Positions 14,912-28,255 are shown, numbered from the stretch's first letter. The stretch is 64,000 bases of DNA from Trichoplax adhaerens (GCF_000150275.1 NW_002060949.1:5685535-5749534); one strand, 5' to 3'. Program-made: numbers and translations. Notes: generated from the letters alone by a model not told the origin.

Positions 14912-16792
14912 CGTCGTTTTTTTTTACCGCAGTTTATTCTGTAAAGGTCAAGCCGTAAATGCTAATGGTTGGTGTAGGCAGTCCAATCTAATATACTAGT
15001 ATGAATGTTAAGGCATATTATAATAAATATACTGGGCGTGTCAGATTAATTAACTTTTACGCACATAATACGTGACATTTATAGTTTATACCGCGTAAAG
15101 GAGACTAGACAGTATGGTACCATAAGTTAATGCTGCCTGTCCTACTCCTAATCAATCAATTTAAATGTTTTTATTCTTTAAAAATGCTTTAGTATCTACA
15201 CAGTACCGTAACTATCAAAACGGGAGTGGTTGACAATCAACGTATACCGTCAATTAAGTATAACTGTTTATGAAAAATTGGGTAAATGACTAACAAATCA
15301 ACCGGTAGTAAGTACTATAATAACATAATTCTAAGAGATCTGTATGATTTTCAGCCGCTGTGATAGAAGAATTAATAATATAAATTGTGAATTACTTATA
15401 TGGTTAATTAGTAAAATTCAATTATTATGAGATTATTAAAATTTAATTATTTATGTCTAAACGAGATAGAATATGACAGATAGTATTTAGTAGTATAATT
15501 TTAAAAAATCACTGCGCAATAGTGATAGCTTAGCGTTACCTACAATATACTGTAAGGATATGTTAGATAGTAAGCAGTATATTGTTCACCTCTTTCATAG
15601 TTTGCCATAATTAGTATACTCTTAAACTTGTGACGGATACATACTATTAATTTTCAATATAATTTTTTAGTAAGGGCTGGTTTATGATATTGAGCAATGT
15701 TTATATGCTTACTGGGACCTCTGTAATACGTACACATATTCGAAGCTCAAATAATTATGTATAGGAAATTGCTATCGATAGACACTGTATTACATTATAT
15801 ATAAAGTAATGGTGCAGCTCCGGTTAGTGCTTTGCACATGCACGACATATCGAGATGCATCTTATACGCAGTATGGAGGGAAACTATCCAATATAGTTTC
15901 TAATCAATATATGCGAATTATTTTATCAATTTATAATATAGGGACAACTAGAGCGTCGCATATCAATTGAGTAGAAGCATTTCAGTACTGCTCGGTAATC
16001 TAGATTATTATTTTGTTTACAGCAAAACTCAGCGATAGATTCTATACTTTGTACTTCCGATAAATTGTAATGATAATAAGATGTGTCCATAGTTGCTAAG
16101 CGTTTTAAATAATATGTATGGTGTACCGACACTATGCATTCATTCACAGACATGGATATACGGTAACTAATGCGATAACCTATGTTAACAATGCTACGGT
16201 ATATATTATAAGGAAAACACTATTTGAACACATGAAAGGCTAACATTATTCTCTGTCAGTAGACGATATCGCTATTATTAATATCATATTTTACTATATG
16301 CTAAAAACCACGTTAAGCTATTGTCTTTAATAACGTAACATTATATCATAGAGTTTCCAAAGCTAATTTTTTAAGCCTGCCATGTAATATAGTATTTAAA
16401 ACATTTGACCAGGTACAGTGTCCTTCAAACAATTTTAACGGTTATATAAAACAAACCAGCAAGGCCAGGTTATAGTGTTATTATAAAGTCATTGCAGTAA
16501 AAAAAATGCAGCCAAGTCTTAGAATACATGATATGTCTGAATGACAAATTCTTAAAGACTCATAAATGCATGAGTTTCATTAAAGTGGAATGCAAGTATA
16601 GGGCCTGATCGACGATACTAAATTTACAAATGACCGACGAAGCGAAATAAGCGCTTTCTTCATTAATTGACTGCAAGTGCAATATTAAAGCTCTATCCGT
16701 TAAGTTAACTGCAATAGTGCAGTCTATAATAATTAATATTTATAAAAAGCGCGTAAGTTACCCAAGTTGTTAATGCATAGAATAAATAATCA

Positions 16793-19700
16793 TTAATCAT
16801 CAAGATTCGATGTATCTACATTAGTGCCTTCCAAAACATAATCTTCCATGTTTACAGATAGTGGGTAAGTTCTTTTTTCCTTATTGCCTAGGAATCAAAC
16901 AATAAAACTTTAACTAAATAGTACCTAAATCGCTACGAAGGCATGCAACGTGCTAATTACATTTTAATTTCTAATATCCTATTGCTGCCAAAATCACTGG
17001 ATTAAATGTAGTTTATAAGTAGACGAAACTATCGGTAAGAGGTCACACTTACCTAATTGTGCTTCTAGAAAATCGAAGCACAATTTGTTGTTTACCGAGG
17101 TGGTCGTTAATGGCGGTATAGTGCCAAAGCTTGAACTACGTCTGGCAAAAAAGCTAGGGATAATATGAGCGAAATCGGTCTGGGTCAAGTGGCCAGTGTT
17201 TCTGAAAGAAATAAAGAAATGAATAATAAATATTATATACAATCTGCATTATAGTATATCGTAGTAATCTGTAAGAAATTAAAATGTTCAAAAAGGATAG
17301 CTTCCAAAATATTCCTTTCTTACTTTAGGGTTAATAAATTACATTTTTTACCTAAAAATAAAAACATTCGAAGAATTTAGTAACAGTCTTACAAGTTGTG
17401 TAATTTGAAACATGTAAAAATCACCATTGTGGCCCGATAATATTCTTTGTATGCGCTTGATATTTTTAGGCCACTGAAATGCGAATGAATTGATAAAGAG
17501 AATAGGTTTGTTAATATTTTCATACACTTCTTCTCCAAGTGGGAAGAGCCAGGCATCTAAGCAAACTCCACATTGAAGCCTTGCATCTTTAGCTAATGCG
17601 GCTATGGTTGTCCCTCCACCAAAAGAATGTCCGAATACAGCTAACGAAGATAAATTGAGACGCTCCTACAACATAGAACAAAAGGATAAATTAGCATTGG
17701 ACTAACACACTTACGTTGGTTAATTAATTCTCATTAGACAACATACAACATTATTTATTGGTTTTCCGTTTCGCATTATAAATATCTTATAATATGTTAA
17801 AATGTACGCTTGCTATTATTACGTGCCTTGAATTGTTCTAACTTAAAGTCACTGCTATCTATCAGGTTAGTAATTGGTGCCCCTGCATTCAGTTTTTCCA
17901 GTAAGTCAATAACATTGCTTACTTCTTGAGCTCTTATATTTACCTAAAATTTATTATTACGAGCAATGAAATTAATAATATTGATAATAGGAGTTTTTGA
18001 TATAATACACTAGAAATTGATAATTTCATTTAAAAGTAAGCAAAAATTGCACAGTACCTGCTTATTTCTAGTTTCGAAATCATCTATAGGACATCTTTTG
18101 AAGGGTACATTAATGACTTTAGCCTTCTCAGCTATCTCCGTTCCTTCTTTTTCTGGATAATAGTACGTGTGGGAGGCAGAAAGATCTCTGCAGAGGGATA
18201 ACGTAAAACTTTACGTTAAAGATTCAATTAATATAATATAATATAGCCTGTATCTTGTACACAGCTATGTAAACTGTACTAGCTGATGCAGTCTTGATAT
18301 AATCAACAAATATGGATGTGTAAGTAGGCATATATTGTACAGGCATATTAAAAAAAAAATTTAAGTGTTTGTATCTAGTTTGAATGGCGATTTAAAATTG
18401 CGAAATTTATACGGTAATACGGCATTATTATTTGTTAATTTCTAGTTCAAGCCAAGGTTAAAGTATTGATGAAAAATACATTTTATACCAGATTCAGGTA
18501 TTTACAATTAATATGGCTAAATGTACTATAATGTGCCATACAGTAAGTGAAATATCACTTGTCTTGTAAACTTTGCAGGCAAGGCTTAATCTATTTAAGT
18601 CAAGAGTTTGAGCTTGGCTAAGTAGTCCTCACTTGTCCATGATCTTAACAATTACAATAGGGATTTATCGTATAGATACTGGCAAAGATATTCACTTTCT
18701 TACCTATGATCAAGGGAAGCCGCAACATAACCGTAGGATGCCAATTCACAACATAGCACACTAAGTATTGCCCGATTGCCACCTAAGCCATGCGAACAAA
18801 TTAAAACACGTAATCTTTGAAGATCGAGCTGTGGTGTTTCCTCATAATCCTTCGGTTGTATTAAGGGAGCATTCTGGTAAGTCGGTATGACTGTATTGCC
18901 TAAATATTAATGTACGTTGTGAATATTAAAAAAAAGGGAAATTTAAAATTATTTTCTATTACCTAAATACCTTTATGGCGATCGAAATAACTGCAAACTA
19001 GGTTATCCTGCCTTGAGTATATTGATACCCTTAATATGTGACAGAATAGCTTATAATTATATTATTGTAAGTTAGCTTTGTTATGGTCTTTGTTATTATA
19101 ACGGCTAGGCAATAATACTCTCGTATACCATAGATACACAGATCTAGAAGTACTGTAAGTAATTCTATGACTCTACTTCTGCTACAGGTAACAGTTAAGC
19201 CCTGCACTGAGTGAATATCGACTAAATAGTAAAATCGGGAGTGAATGAATTTAAGAGAAATCTATCAAGGTAGAATGTAACAGTCCAGTAGAATACAACT
19301 TCTCTATACTTTACGTTAGTTAGAATGTTGATGAAATCGCTTGAAGCTGTAGTACTGTATATAGGGGTACAGAAATAGAAAACAGTACGTATATGACTAT
19401 TCTATCGATGTCTGTCAAGCAATTTGGTAACACTGGGATGGCCTACTGTACGTGAAATAATGCAGAAGGTCTTTATCTGGTAATCTATGGTTTATGTGTA
19501 TAGTACATAATAGTTCGTTATCCAATAGTGCAGCATCGGTAACTAATTATTCCACTTACGAAGTATCCAGCCTGCAAAGAAGCTAAGTGGCATTTCAGAG
19601 AAATCGATAATACCCTTTGTGTAATTGTTGATAGGTTCCGGTAACCAAGAAGAGGTGTGACATCTATTTCGTAATTCTTGGCTAGGCTGAGTTGGATAAT

Positions 19701-19812
19701 ACAGTCTTACCAATGTACTTTGCTCGCCTCGGCCAGACATTATTTCAGCTGTACCAACATTGTAAGGTCCTGTTGGTTTGGGTAAAGCGGTCTTGTAGCC
19801 AAACCAGTACAT
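16793..19812 (-). CDS. PAF-acetylhydrolase family (PAFAH2/PLA2G7-like), copy B, 8 coding exons
   Basis: LPKPTGPYNVG, CSHGLGG, GHSFGGGT (exon ~17425-17666), CLDAWLFP, NTGHLTQTDF. Intron positions correspond to copy A. Stop TAA at 16793-16795. Confidence 0.93.
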
Positions 19813-19819
19813 TTTAACT

Positions 19820-20234
19820 TTAATAGTCTTGTAATTTTGTTATCAACAGCAATTTCAATCTACGTTTCGATCACTGCACTCTGTAAGATATCATAGGCGT
19901 ATGCATTAGTGAATACTAATTATATTACAATAATGAGCACTGTACAGTATTAATCGATTCAATCGAAGTATTACTGTTGAAATTTGGCAATGTTATGGTC
20001 AGAATCCATTGCAATCGACGTTTCAATCGCTACAGTCTACATACCTAGTGTGCAGCGATTGAAACGTAAATTGTAATTGCTCTCCACTATAAAACTGCAA
20101 AACTACGAGTGTACTGTACTAGTCTGGTTTGATAATAATTGAATAGTGAATGATGAATAGATCAGATACCTTTGGGAGTGATTGAAATGTCGATTCAAAC
20201 TGCTCTTGATTACAATAATCTTTCAATCTATTAA
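19820..20234. mobile_element. MITE-like foldback element with ~55-bp imperfect terminal inverted repeats and an internal inverted pair
   Basis: 19820-19875 is an imperfect reverse complement of 20177-20234, and both ends read TTAA. A related unit forms an inner inverted pair at 20008-20034 and 20051-20077. No transposase ORF. Confidence 0.55.
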
Positions 20235-21139
20235 TGCATTACTACAGATTTGATATGCATGTACAATGTCCATTGACTGTATGACGTCTTGTGCTGAAGA
20301 CATCATATGCGTATGTTAGTTCATATACGAGTATGTACAGTATAGTAATAATAATTATTAATTCATTATGCAAAATTCAATCCAAATTTCAATCGTTTTG
20401 TACGCTTACATACTGTACAGTAGGTATTTAATCTACAGTAGTACACCGGTAGTTTTGCAATTTTGAATCAAGAGCCATTCCAATCTACTGTATATCTATA
20501 AGATGTTGTATGGACAGTATTGTATATTAACAGTTGAAGTTTTTATTATGGACAGCACTCGTCTAGTATTGACTAGATAAGCATTGATCGTTACATTCCA
20601 CGAGTTATTTCAAGTGCTGTATGTAATCTAATCTTGTTAGTGCGTTAGTTACATGATACAGTAGTATTTCTATTGACAGCACAGGTTTGAAATTGTAAGT
20701 TGTGATCGCTTACGCTGAAGGGCATACAATTTCCTTGCTTAGACAGTTGATGGATGCAGTTCTTTCTTCCTGAAGAAAGGGATTAAGAGTGGAAAATGTG
20801 AACTTTATGAATTCATTAACGATGGGGGTGTTGCGCAATGTGCTGTCGCCAGGTGTAGCGGTGTATACTGTACTGTGGGCGACACTTACATGCTACACTT
20901 TGTTACATCGTTTTATTGTTTGACCTGCTCATACTGGTGTCGCCATATTACGCTTCAGTAGGTGGAGATTGTGCAGGTGGGTGAATTCTCTCCTATTACT
21001 GTATTACGTAATACTGTATACTGTACAGTAGATGACAGTAGATGAGGGTGAAGCTCTTTTATTCGAGAATCTCCGAGTTCGATAACGATAGACTGCATGG
21101 TGAACTTTCAACTTTTTTACCCCGACTTGGTAATTAACA

Positions 21140-21481
21140 GTTACTACTGTAGTGTACAGTACAGTCAGAGACTTCTAAGACGAGTAACTGTATTGTACAG
21201 TACAGTACTGTACTGTAGACACTACTACTGTACTGTACAGTACTGTATTAGTGACTAGTGTAGTGTACAGTACTGTACACTGTACGCTCTACAGTGTACA
21301 GTGTACAGTCAGAGACTTCTAAGACGAGTAACTGAACAGTATGTACTGTAGACACCACTACTGTGTACTGTACAGTACAGTACAGTATACTCTACAGTGT
21401 ACAGTGTACAGTCAGAGACTTCTAAGACGAGTAATAGTACTGTACTGTACTGTACTGTACAGTGTACAGTGTACAGTACAT
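21140..21481. repeat. CAGTA/TACTG array with three embedded copies of GTACAGTCAGAGACTTCTAAGACGAGTAA
   Basis: Identical 29-mer near 21159, 21303 and 21406, separated by pentamer-rich low-complexity sequence. Lies between divergent PAF-AH copy B and RPL30. Confidence 0.9.
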
Positions 21482-21947
21482 AGTGCACAAGCCAACAACG
21501 ACAAAAATCAGTCTGGTCTATGACTCCGTATAGAATATTTTCAAAGGGATTTAACACATTCTTACCTCTATAGAATCTATAGTACTTAACATGGACTACA
21601 GTACAGTCATAGATTTGTACATTTTTCCAGGGAAAATTGAAAAGTCTATGGTGTTGTACTGTACTGAAAGAAAATTCCATACACTGTACTAGTACGTACA
21701 GCGATTGAATTCCATCCAAAACGCAAAGCAGACCAGATTTACATTTGAAGACTATGGATGGAAAGACTGATCGATCTCTGCATAAGGTATTTCGTCAGTC
21801 AGTCAGTCTGAATTCTATTTTACGCAATAACACAGTACTAACGCTATTTTTCCCCCCTCTGTACAGTGTATCGTACAATACACTTTTATCCATACTTTTT
21901 CTTTTACTTCGCTAGTTTTTCCATACCTTAAAGTCAATTTCGTGGCA

Positions 21948-22026
21948 TGCGCAAGCGCAACAGCATTCAGTCACGTGCTTTGCAATGCTGTATAGGCCAC
22001 GGCCTTGTGGGTAAAAAGCCCTTTCC
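21948..22026 (+). promoter_or_regulatory. RPL30 core promoter with TCT motif / 5'TOP start
   Basis: CCCTTTCC at 22019-22026 matches YYC(+1)TTTYY. TATA-like TATAGG at about -30 (21991), E-box CACGTG (21972), NRF1-like TGCGCAAGCGCA (21948). Non-coding exon ends at a donor at 22093/22094. Confidence 0.7.
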
Positions 22027-22195
22027 AACGTGCTTCACGCCAGCGACGGATTTTGCCACCATTATTCTACAACATTGCAAGCCTCAAGTTTAGGTAAAAA
22101 TTAATCATGTTACAAATTATCTTCATCAACATACTGATCTTTATTTAATGGAATATTTTCTATTTCTTTTCTATGTTATGGATACAGAAGCTAAA

Positions 22196-23300
22196 ATGGT
22201 TTCAGCGAAAAAGCAGGTACTTTTTAATTGCACTTGAAAGACTGCACGAGTCTACTGTGGTGGATACTCTAGTTGACCACTGCGTTGTGTAGTGTAGAAA
22301 TAGAAAGGCAGTGATCGGTAGTGTAGCAAAATTGATTTGATTTCTAGTTGGAGATGGATGTCTATTACAACCAGAGTGTTTAGCCATAACTACATGACAT
22401 TTTTATTTGTTCATTGATAAAAGATATTATAGATTAAGTATAATGCAATATGATTACTACAGCATACTGTATTTTAATGAAAAAGATTTTATCCATACAC
22501 TTATACAGAACGTACCAGTCTTAGCCAAGGCGTGAATTCCTTTTGCCTAGAGTAGATTGGTTATACAGTTGATATTCGTGTATCTTTTTTTATACTCAGC
22601 TTGTGTTAACCTTAAGAGAGATAGGACAGTAGAGTTGACTATAATCAAAGTGAGACTGATTTGAAACTGATGACAACTAAACATTTTGATACTGTAGAAG
22701 AAGAATGTCGAAAATATCAATCAAAGATTAGCTTTGGTTATGAAGAGTGGTAAGACTTCTCTTGGATATAAATCAACGTTGAAGAGTATTCGCCAAGGGA
22801 AAGCTAAATTAGTCCTTATTGCGAATAATACTCAGCCTATTCGGTAAGATGCTATGTGATACTAGATAGTGACTGTTATCTTGGTCATCACTTTTTCTTA
22901 GCTTGATACCAAACAGTTTTGGATCTTGTATAATGTACTGTATCATAGACTACCAGCAGTTCTTCTAGTAGTCCATGACCATATTTAACGTTATGCATGG
23001 ATGAATGATCAAATTATTAATCGATCTTAACCATGATGTTATAATTTATAATCTCTTCACTTTTATTACAATGAATTGCAAAGATGGAGTAAACTGAGCT
23101 AAATTATAACTTTTAGGAAAAGCGAGATTGAATACTACGCTATGTTGGCAAGGACTGGTGTACATCATTATGGTGGAGACAACAATGAACTTGGTACCGC
23201 TTGTGGAAAGTACTTTAGAGTTAGTACGATGAGTATTACCGATCCCGGCGACTCTGACATTATCCGATCAGTACCGACCGCTGAGCAAGAAAAGAAATAA
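22196..23300 (+). CDS. RPL30: 60S ribosomal protein L30 (eL30); exons 22196-22216, 22698-22843, 23117-23300
   Basis: Hand-spliced translation [105 protein letters not shown]. Absent from the ORF track. Confidence 0.98.
22242..22402 (+). ncRNA. Candidate intronic H/ACA snoRNA 1
   Basis: Hairpin (CTGCAC/GTGTAG and GTGGT/ACCAC stems), ATAGAA (ANANNA), second hairpin, then ACATTT. Located in a ribosomal-protein intron. Pocket-to-box distances are longer than typical. Confidence 0.3.
22514..22631 (+). ncRNA. Candidate intronic H/ACA snoRNA 2
   Basis: Hairpin ACCAGTCT/AGATTGGT with upper stem AGGCG/TGCCT, 14 nt from an imperfect H box (ATACAG). Second stem TATCTTTTTT/AAGAGAGATA is followed by ACA+3 nt. 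Confidence 0.35.
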
Positions 23301-24507
23301 TTCAAGTTACTTAAGTTTTGTATTGTATGATATATAACGTTGTATCTCCGGTTGCGATGTAATAAATATGCATTGAATTGGGCATGACATTTTGAAATGG
23401 CTCTACTAGTTTTTTTTGTACCTATGCCAAGCATAATTCAACGAGAATTTCTATCATATAGTTACATTTACTGTATCATACTATCATTACGTTTATTATA
23501 CGGTAAAAAGTTGTTTACCCTTAAAGTATTGTTTCAACTTTTGCAATCCCACTCTTTGGCTATTGGGTAAAATCATTTGTTACATGGACGGATCTAAGAT
23601 TGCGCTACTTTGGTCTTGGAATATTAATTTTAAAAACGATTCTCTAAAGAATGCTGCATAGCTTAGTTTGCATTATTAGAGCTGTTGGACTAAACCCTCT
23701 CGTCTTGGCATTGCACATTAAACTATTGCAGATTTTAAGATTTATTAGCAGCAATGGATACTAAGATTTAAACGCAATTGCTAAAGCTGCAAACTACAAA
23801 ATAAGCATTACTTTACTTTTATACATATAATAAGTGTTGAATTTTGCATGCAAAAAGGCAATCTATTTTATCAGCTGTAGAAATTAATAGATATCTGGTA
23901 AAATGATAAAGCTTTAATATGGACTCGTTACCTCACGGGCATTTGTACGTACATACAAATAAGGTATTCTAGGATTTTGGTTCGAATTTCAGAGTCAGGT
24001 AGACGCACAAATTACAAATGTACAATTATTAAATTTCAGCAAATTGGTGAAATGACATTTTTATTTCGTGCTGGTTGACTGTGAACTAGCTATCAGTGTG
24101 AGGGGGTGGGGTATAGAGTATATAATGATACTGTAGTGTTATGGTAGACTACTTGCAGCCATGCCAATCGGGTAATGTAGGGATCATACATTGAAATTAG
24201 TTTCAGCCTACATAGTACTCGTATGCTAAGAGGCAATGTTAGATATTTAAAATCTAGCTGAAAGGATAACATACCTGATTTTATTAAGAGCTCATTTCGA
24301 TATTTATGCATATATAAATAATTAGTATACAATAAAGGCGCAGTAAAATTTTCGCATGTTACAGCAAATCTTTAACAACGACGTATAAAAACATGACAAA
24401 ACTTTTACGTAATCTACAGCTACATGTTCATTTTTATCATGTGCGAAGATATTGTATCTAATAATATACACAATAATCAGCTGTATACCTATATTTCAAA
24501 GTGTTGG

Positions 24508-27500
24508 TCATACAACCTTTAACCGAGGCGGTGAAGCTACTAATTCTCGAGTAGTTTGGTCCAATAATTTGTACTCATCTAACAGCGAATTTAGAGATTC
24601 TATGCTATTATCAAACGTAGCCATTTCCATTCCATCGACCTCTAGATAATGATGAAGATGCGCCTGCAAATTTCGAATATGATTTACAAGATTAACGTAC
24701 ATGTATTATAGCATGACGCTACACTACTAGCGAGTTAGACTGACAAATAGCAATCGATGAAGCTTTCAAGGACAATACCTTGCGTTTATACAATTTCACA
24801 AATCTATGTTGAATATCAGAGAACGTGTCTTTGATACACGTATTATTTGATAATGTTAAGAGAGAATAAGGCTAATATAAAAGCAAAAGTATTAGTGTTT
24901 TTGTGAAAGATCCAAATGATCCTGATTGATAATTATATAATTTACCAATGATACTTACATGACCGACCGGAGGAACTGAGCATAGTCCAGTTTTCCACCC
25001 ATCTTCGTTCCAGTGAATAAAATTAAGAGAAGGTCTAATCCTATCGATTATATATAATGAAAATAAGGAGAATTATCTAGTCAATTGAAGATTATTACAA
25101 TGTCATAAAAGACAATACTGTACTGACGGGTGCATAGATAAAAGATTTACTGTTTACCTCTTAATATTCCGCCTTATATCTGATATTTCCACTTTTCCAC
25201 GGACTAGAAGGGCACAAGACAAGTATCTAATTTTATTAATATGATGAATGTTAGTAAGAAGGGATTTTGATGATATCAGTGCAGATTAAGATTTAGGAGG
25301 AGAACAAAAAAGGTTTACAGATTGCGTTTTGGGTCGGCTTTTATCAACTGATAGTCTTTTGAGAATGCGTCAGAGAACATTTCATCAAGTCTGTAATACA
25401 GAATTATGTAAAGGAGCAGTATGAGTATGATCAATTATACTGTGTATACTCGTGAAAAGCAAATGATTTCCGCAGGAGTACCTTCGAGTTGATAAATTTA
25501 CATCGGCTAAAGCATACAGAGGGGTCATGCTGGAAATCAAATAATGTAAACGTGGAAACGGGACCAAGTTCATAGTAATTTCGTTTAAATCGACATTTAA
25601 AGAACCTTCAAACCTTGAAGAACTGATGTGATTATAAAGGCAAATACAATGAGCAATGCCAGTACTGTTATGTTAATGATCATGTCAGCTACATTATCTT
25701 ACCTTGTCATATTTAGTAGTAAATTAGCTACGATATTATTCATGCCATCAAAAGGGCGTGCTTGTGAACTTTTGGTTTTTCCTCCATGGCTATTAGTAAT
25801 AGTGCTTTCGGATTTAATTTGCTTTTTACTTATCCCTCTACTAGCTGTAGCAGTTACGTTACTAATTCTATTGCAAATATCTATTAATGACTGCAAGACA
25901 TGAAATAGGCTATTAGATTAAAGATTAAAGTTAGATAATTCTTAAATAAGGCAGACCTGGTTATCTATTGGCATTACACAATCTGCATTGTCTGTTAACT
26001 CCTTCATAGCTAAGATGCTATTGTAAGGAGAAGTTATAACATCATCTTCGATAGAAGGGTATACTGCTGTCACGAAACTAAAAATTAACAAATATCTCAA
26101 GATCAGCACCAAAATTATGTTACGGCATGGATTATATTCAGTCTGTTGAACAATATAAAATGGGAAAGATATTTAATGCATACGATAAATATGATAACAT
26201 TTGCACTACCGATATACGTTTGGGTAATCATCTTGAAGAATATTTAATATTGCTGTACCAACTCCAGATCCAGTTCCTTAAATAAATATTTGAGAAAGCA
26301 TCGATAATTATTATAGCTGAAACTTGACCTAAATTTTAAACGATTGTAGTATGTTGCATAACTATACCCCCTCCCATCGAATGGATCATAAAAAACGTCT
26401 GCAAACAGTCACATTTTTCTGCTGCCCTTCTAAGAACTTCAACTAATTTATCTCGATATTGATTACCGTAGAAGAGGTGGCCGATAGACCTATAAGTAAG
26501 CAAGAGATTAGCAGAATGTAAGGTGCTATATTACAATTTCGTGTGATTGTTGTAAGCGAGGTAAAACATGGCGTAAAAATTTCAATCAACTATATCCTAC
26601 CAGTTGTTTCCAGATCCGGAAACATCAGTTATTAACTGCTTATGATCGAAGATATCTCTTAGCGGACTATTTAGTAATTCATTAACTACGCCTTCTTCCA
26701 TATCGACCAAAACTGCCTACAATACCGAATTATCATTTCAAGTTAATTTTTGGGAAAGTCCAGTAGATAAATGGATTTTATGCTAGATGATGGATTGTCT
26801 AAGCAATAGCTTACTCTGGCTTTTAGCGTTTTAATTTTTGTCCTGCCGTTACCGACCTCAACATCGAGAGGGTCTTCATACCTTATACAGTAATATAGGT
26901 GATGATTTATTATGATTCATTCAGGTAAGTTGCTTAACAGTTGAAGATCGGTTAAGTTGAGAATTAATTAGTATGATAGTTTATCAACCTGTTATCTACG
27001 TTACGAAAGAAGCTGCTGTAAGGTTCATCGAAGAATCCTTCCTTCAGTAGCATAATTTATGTTAAGTAAAAAGATTCATTAGGATATTATAGTTCTATAA
27101 ATTTTGAATGGCTTGTTCAATCGCATACGTATCATTGCATACACATAAAATGCGTATGCCAAATTCTACAGTAAGTAAAATAAGTAATTAATGTGTTGCT
27201 AACCTTATTGATGGCAGCATGTTCCCTTAGAGCTAAATCCCAAAATCTACAGCCAATCTTTTAAAAATAAAGTGTTACATGCAAATCAATCGAAAATAGT
27301 GATAGCAAATCATACGTGTTTACTGATTTACGCGTATGCTCCACACGATTTAACTCAACGCTAATCTAGATATTGTTATAGTCATAAATTCAATCTTCAT
27401 ACAGCATAGATGCGGACGACAACATTACTTTTTACTTACAACATTGCTGATTTTGCAAATTTTGGTCAATACTGTACAATCTACTCGTATAGTACATTAA

Positions 27501-28005
27501 TTATTATTATTAATTATAAGAATTGTAAGCTTACCTGATTACCGCATTGCCCGACTTTTAGGACGTCAGTAACCGTGTATGTAAGAGTTGAGCAGCGAAA
27601 GAATCATTTCGCATTACAATAAAGATACATATATAAAAATAAATATCAGGCAGTGTTAAGAGCCAAACTTATGCAAAATAAATGGTGATTAGATTTAATT
27701 TATATATGCAATAAACTTAGTAATTAGCTTAAAATTGATAGTTTGTAAATCTGCAAAGCGGACGCGAATTTCTGCTGCAAATGAGCATTTACTATACAAG
27801 TGTGCATGCTTGTAGTTGATATCATAAGTAATCACTCGATGTGCTCGATCATGATCTATAATGCAGATGTACAAGTCTACTGTACTAAATATTTTGGCCA
27901 TATTTTTGAACAAACTTTAACAGGATCAAGATCAGCAACTAGTGCTTTTCTTCTAATGTCATGCATAAGTAGTAGATTACCTTGCACCACAACAGACTGT
28001 GTCAT
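24508..28005 (-). CDS. TUBE1: Epsilon-tubulin (about 13 coding exons)
   Basis: Spliced N-terminus MTQSVVVQVGQCGNQIGCRFWDLALREHA, then KARAVLVDMEEGVV, ITDVSGSGNNW, SMGGGTGSG, MNNIVANLLLNMT, MNLVPFPRLHYL, WKTGLCSVPPVG, AHLHHY. These are diagnostic of epsilon-tubulin. Confidence 0.96.
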
Positions 28006-28255
28006 TCTTGAATTTGATAATGTACTTATATAGTTGTGAACTCTTCCAGGATAATATCAGGGGCTGCAGTTTAATACAATTCGGTATGAACGGCTATATC
28101 TTGAAGCTCTATGTAATACCTACAGTATATGACCAATACAGTGCATTCAATGAATTGCTTAATTGATATTTGAAGTATTAAAAGAAATAAACAAAAAAAT
28201 ATTTGCAGGTTAAAAGTCTGGGGCTATGAACAACAATCATTAGGTCAATAGCTTT

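Noticed and set aside
20955-21098. Minus-strand ORF MQSIVIELGDSRIK, faintly like an actin-fold phosphate loop
   Set aside because: Only 47 codons with no downstream actin-like exons. Probably 5' UTR or promoter sequence of PAF-AH copy B.
21159-21434. CRISPR-like appearance: identical 29-mer three times with intervening sequence
   Set aside because: Spacers are uneven (~75-115 nt) low-complexity pentamer sequence, the context is eukaryotic, and no cas genes are present.
23979-23990. GGTTCGAAT, resembling a tRNA T-loop/B-box
   Set aside because: No cloverleaf or A-box around it.
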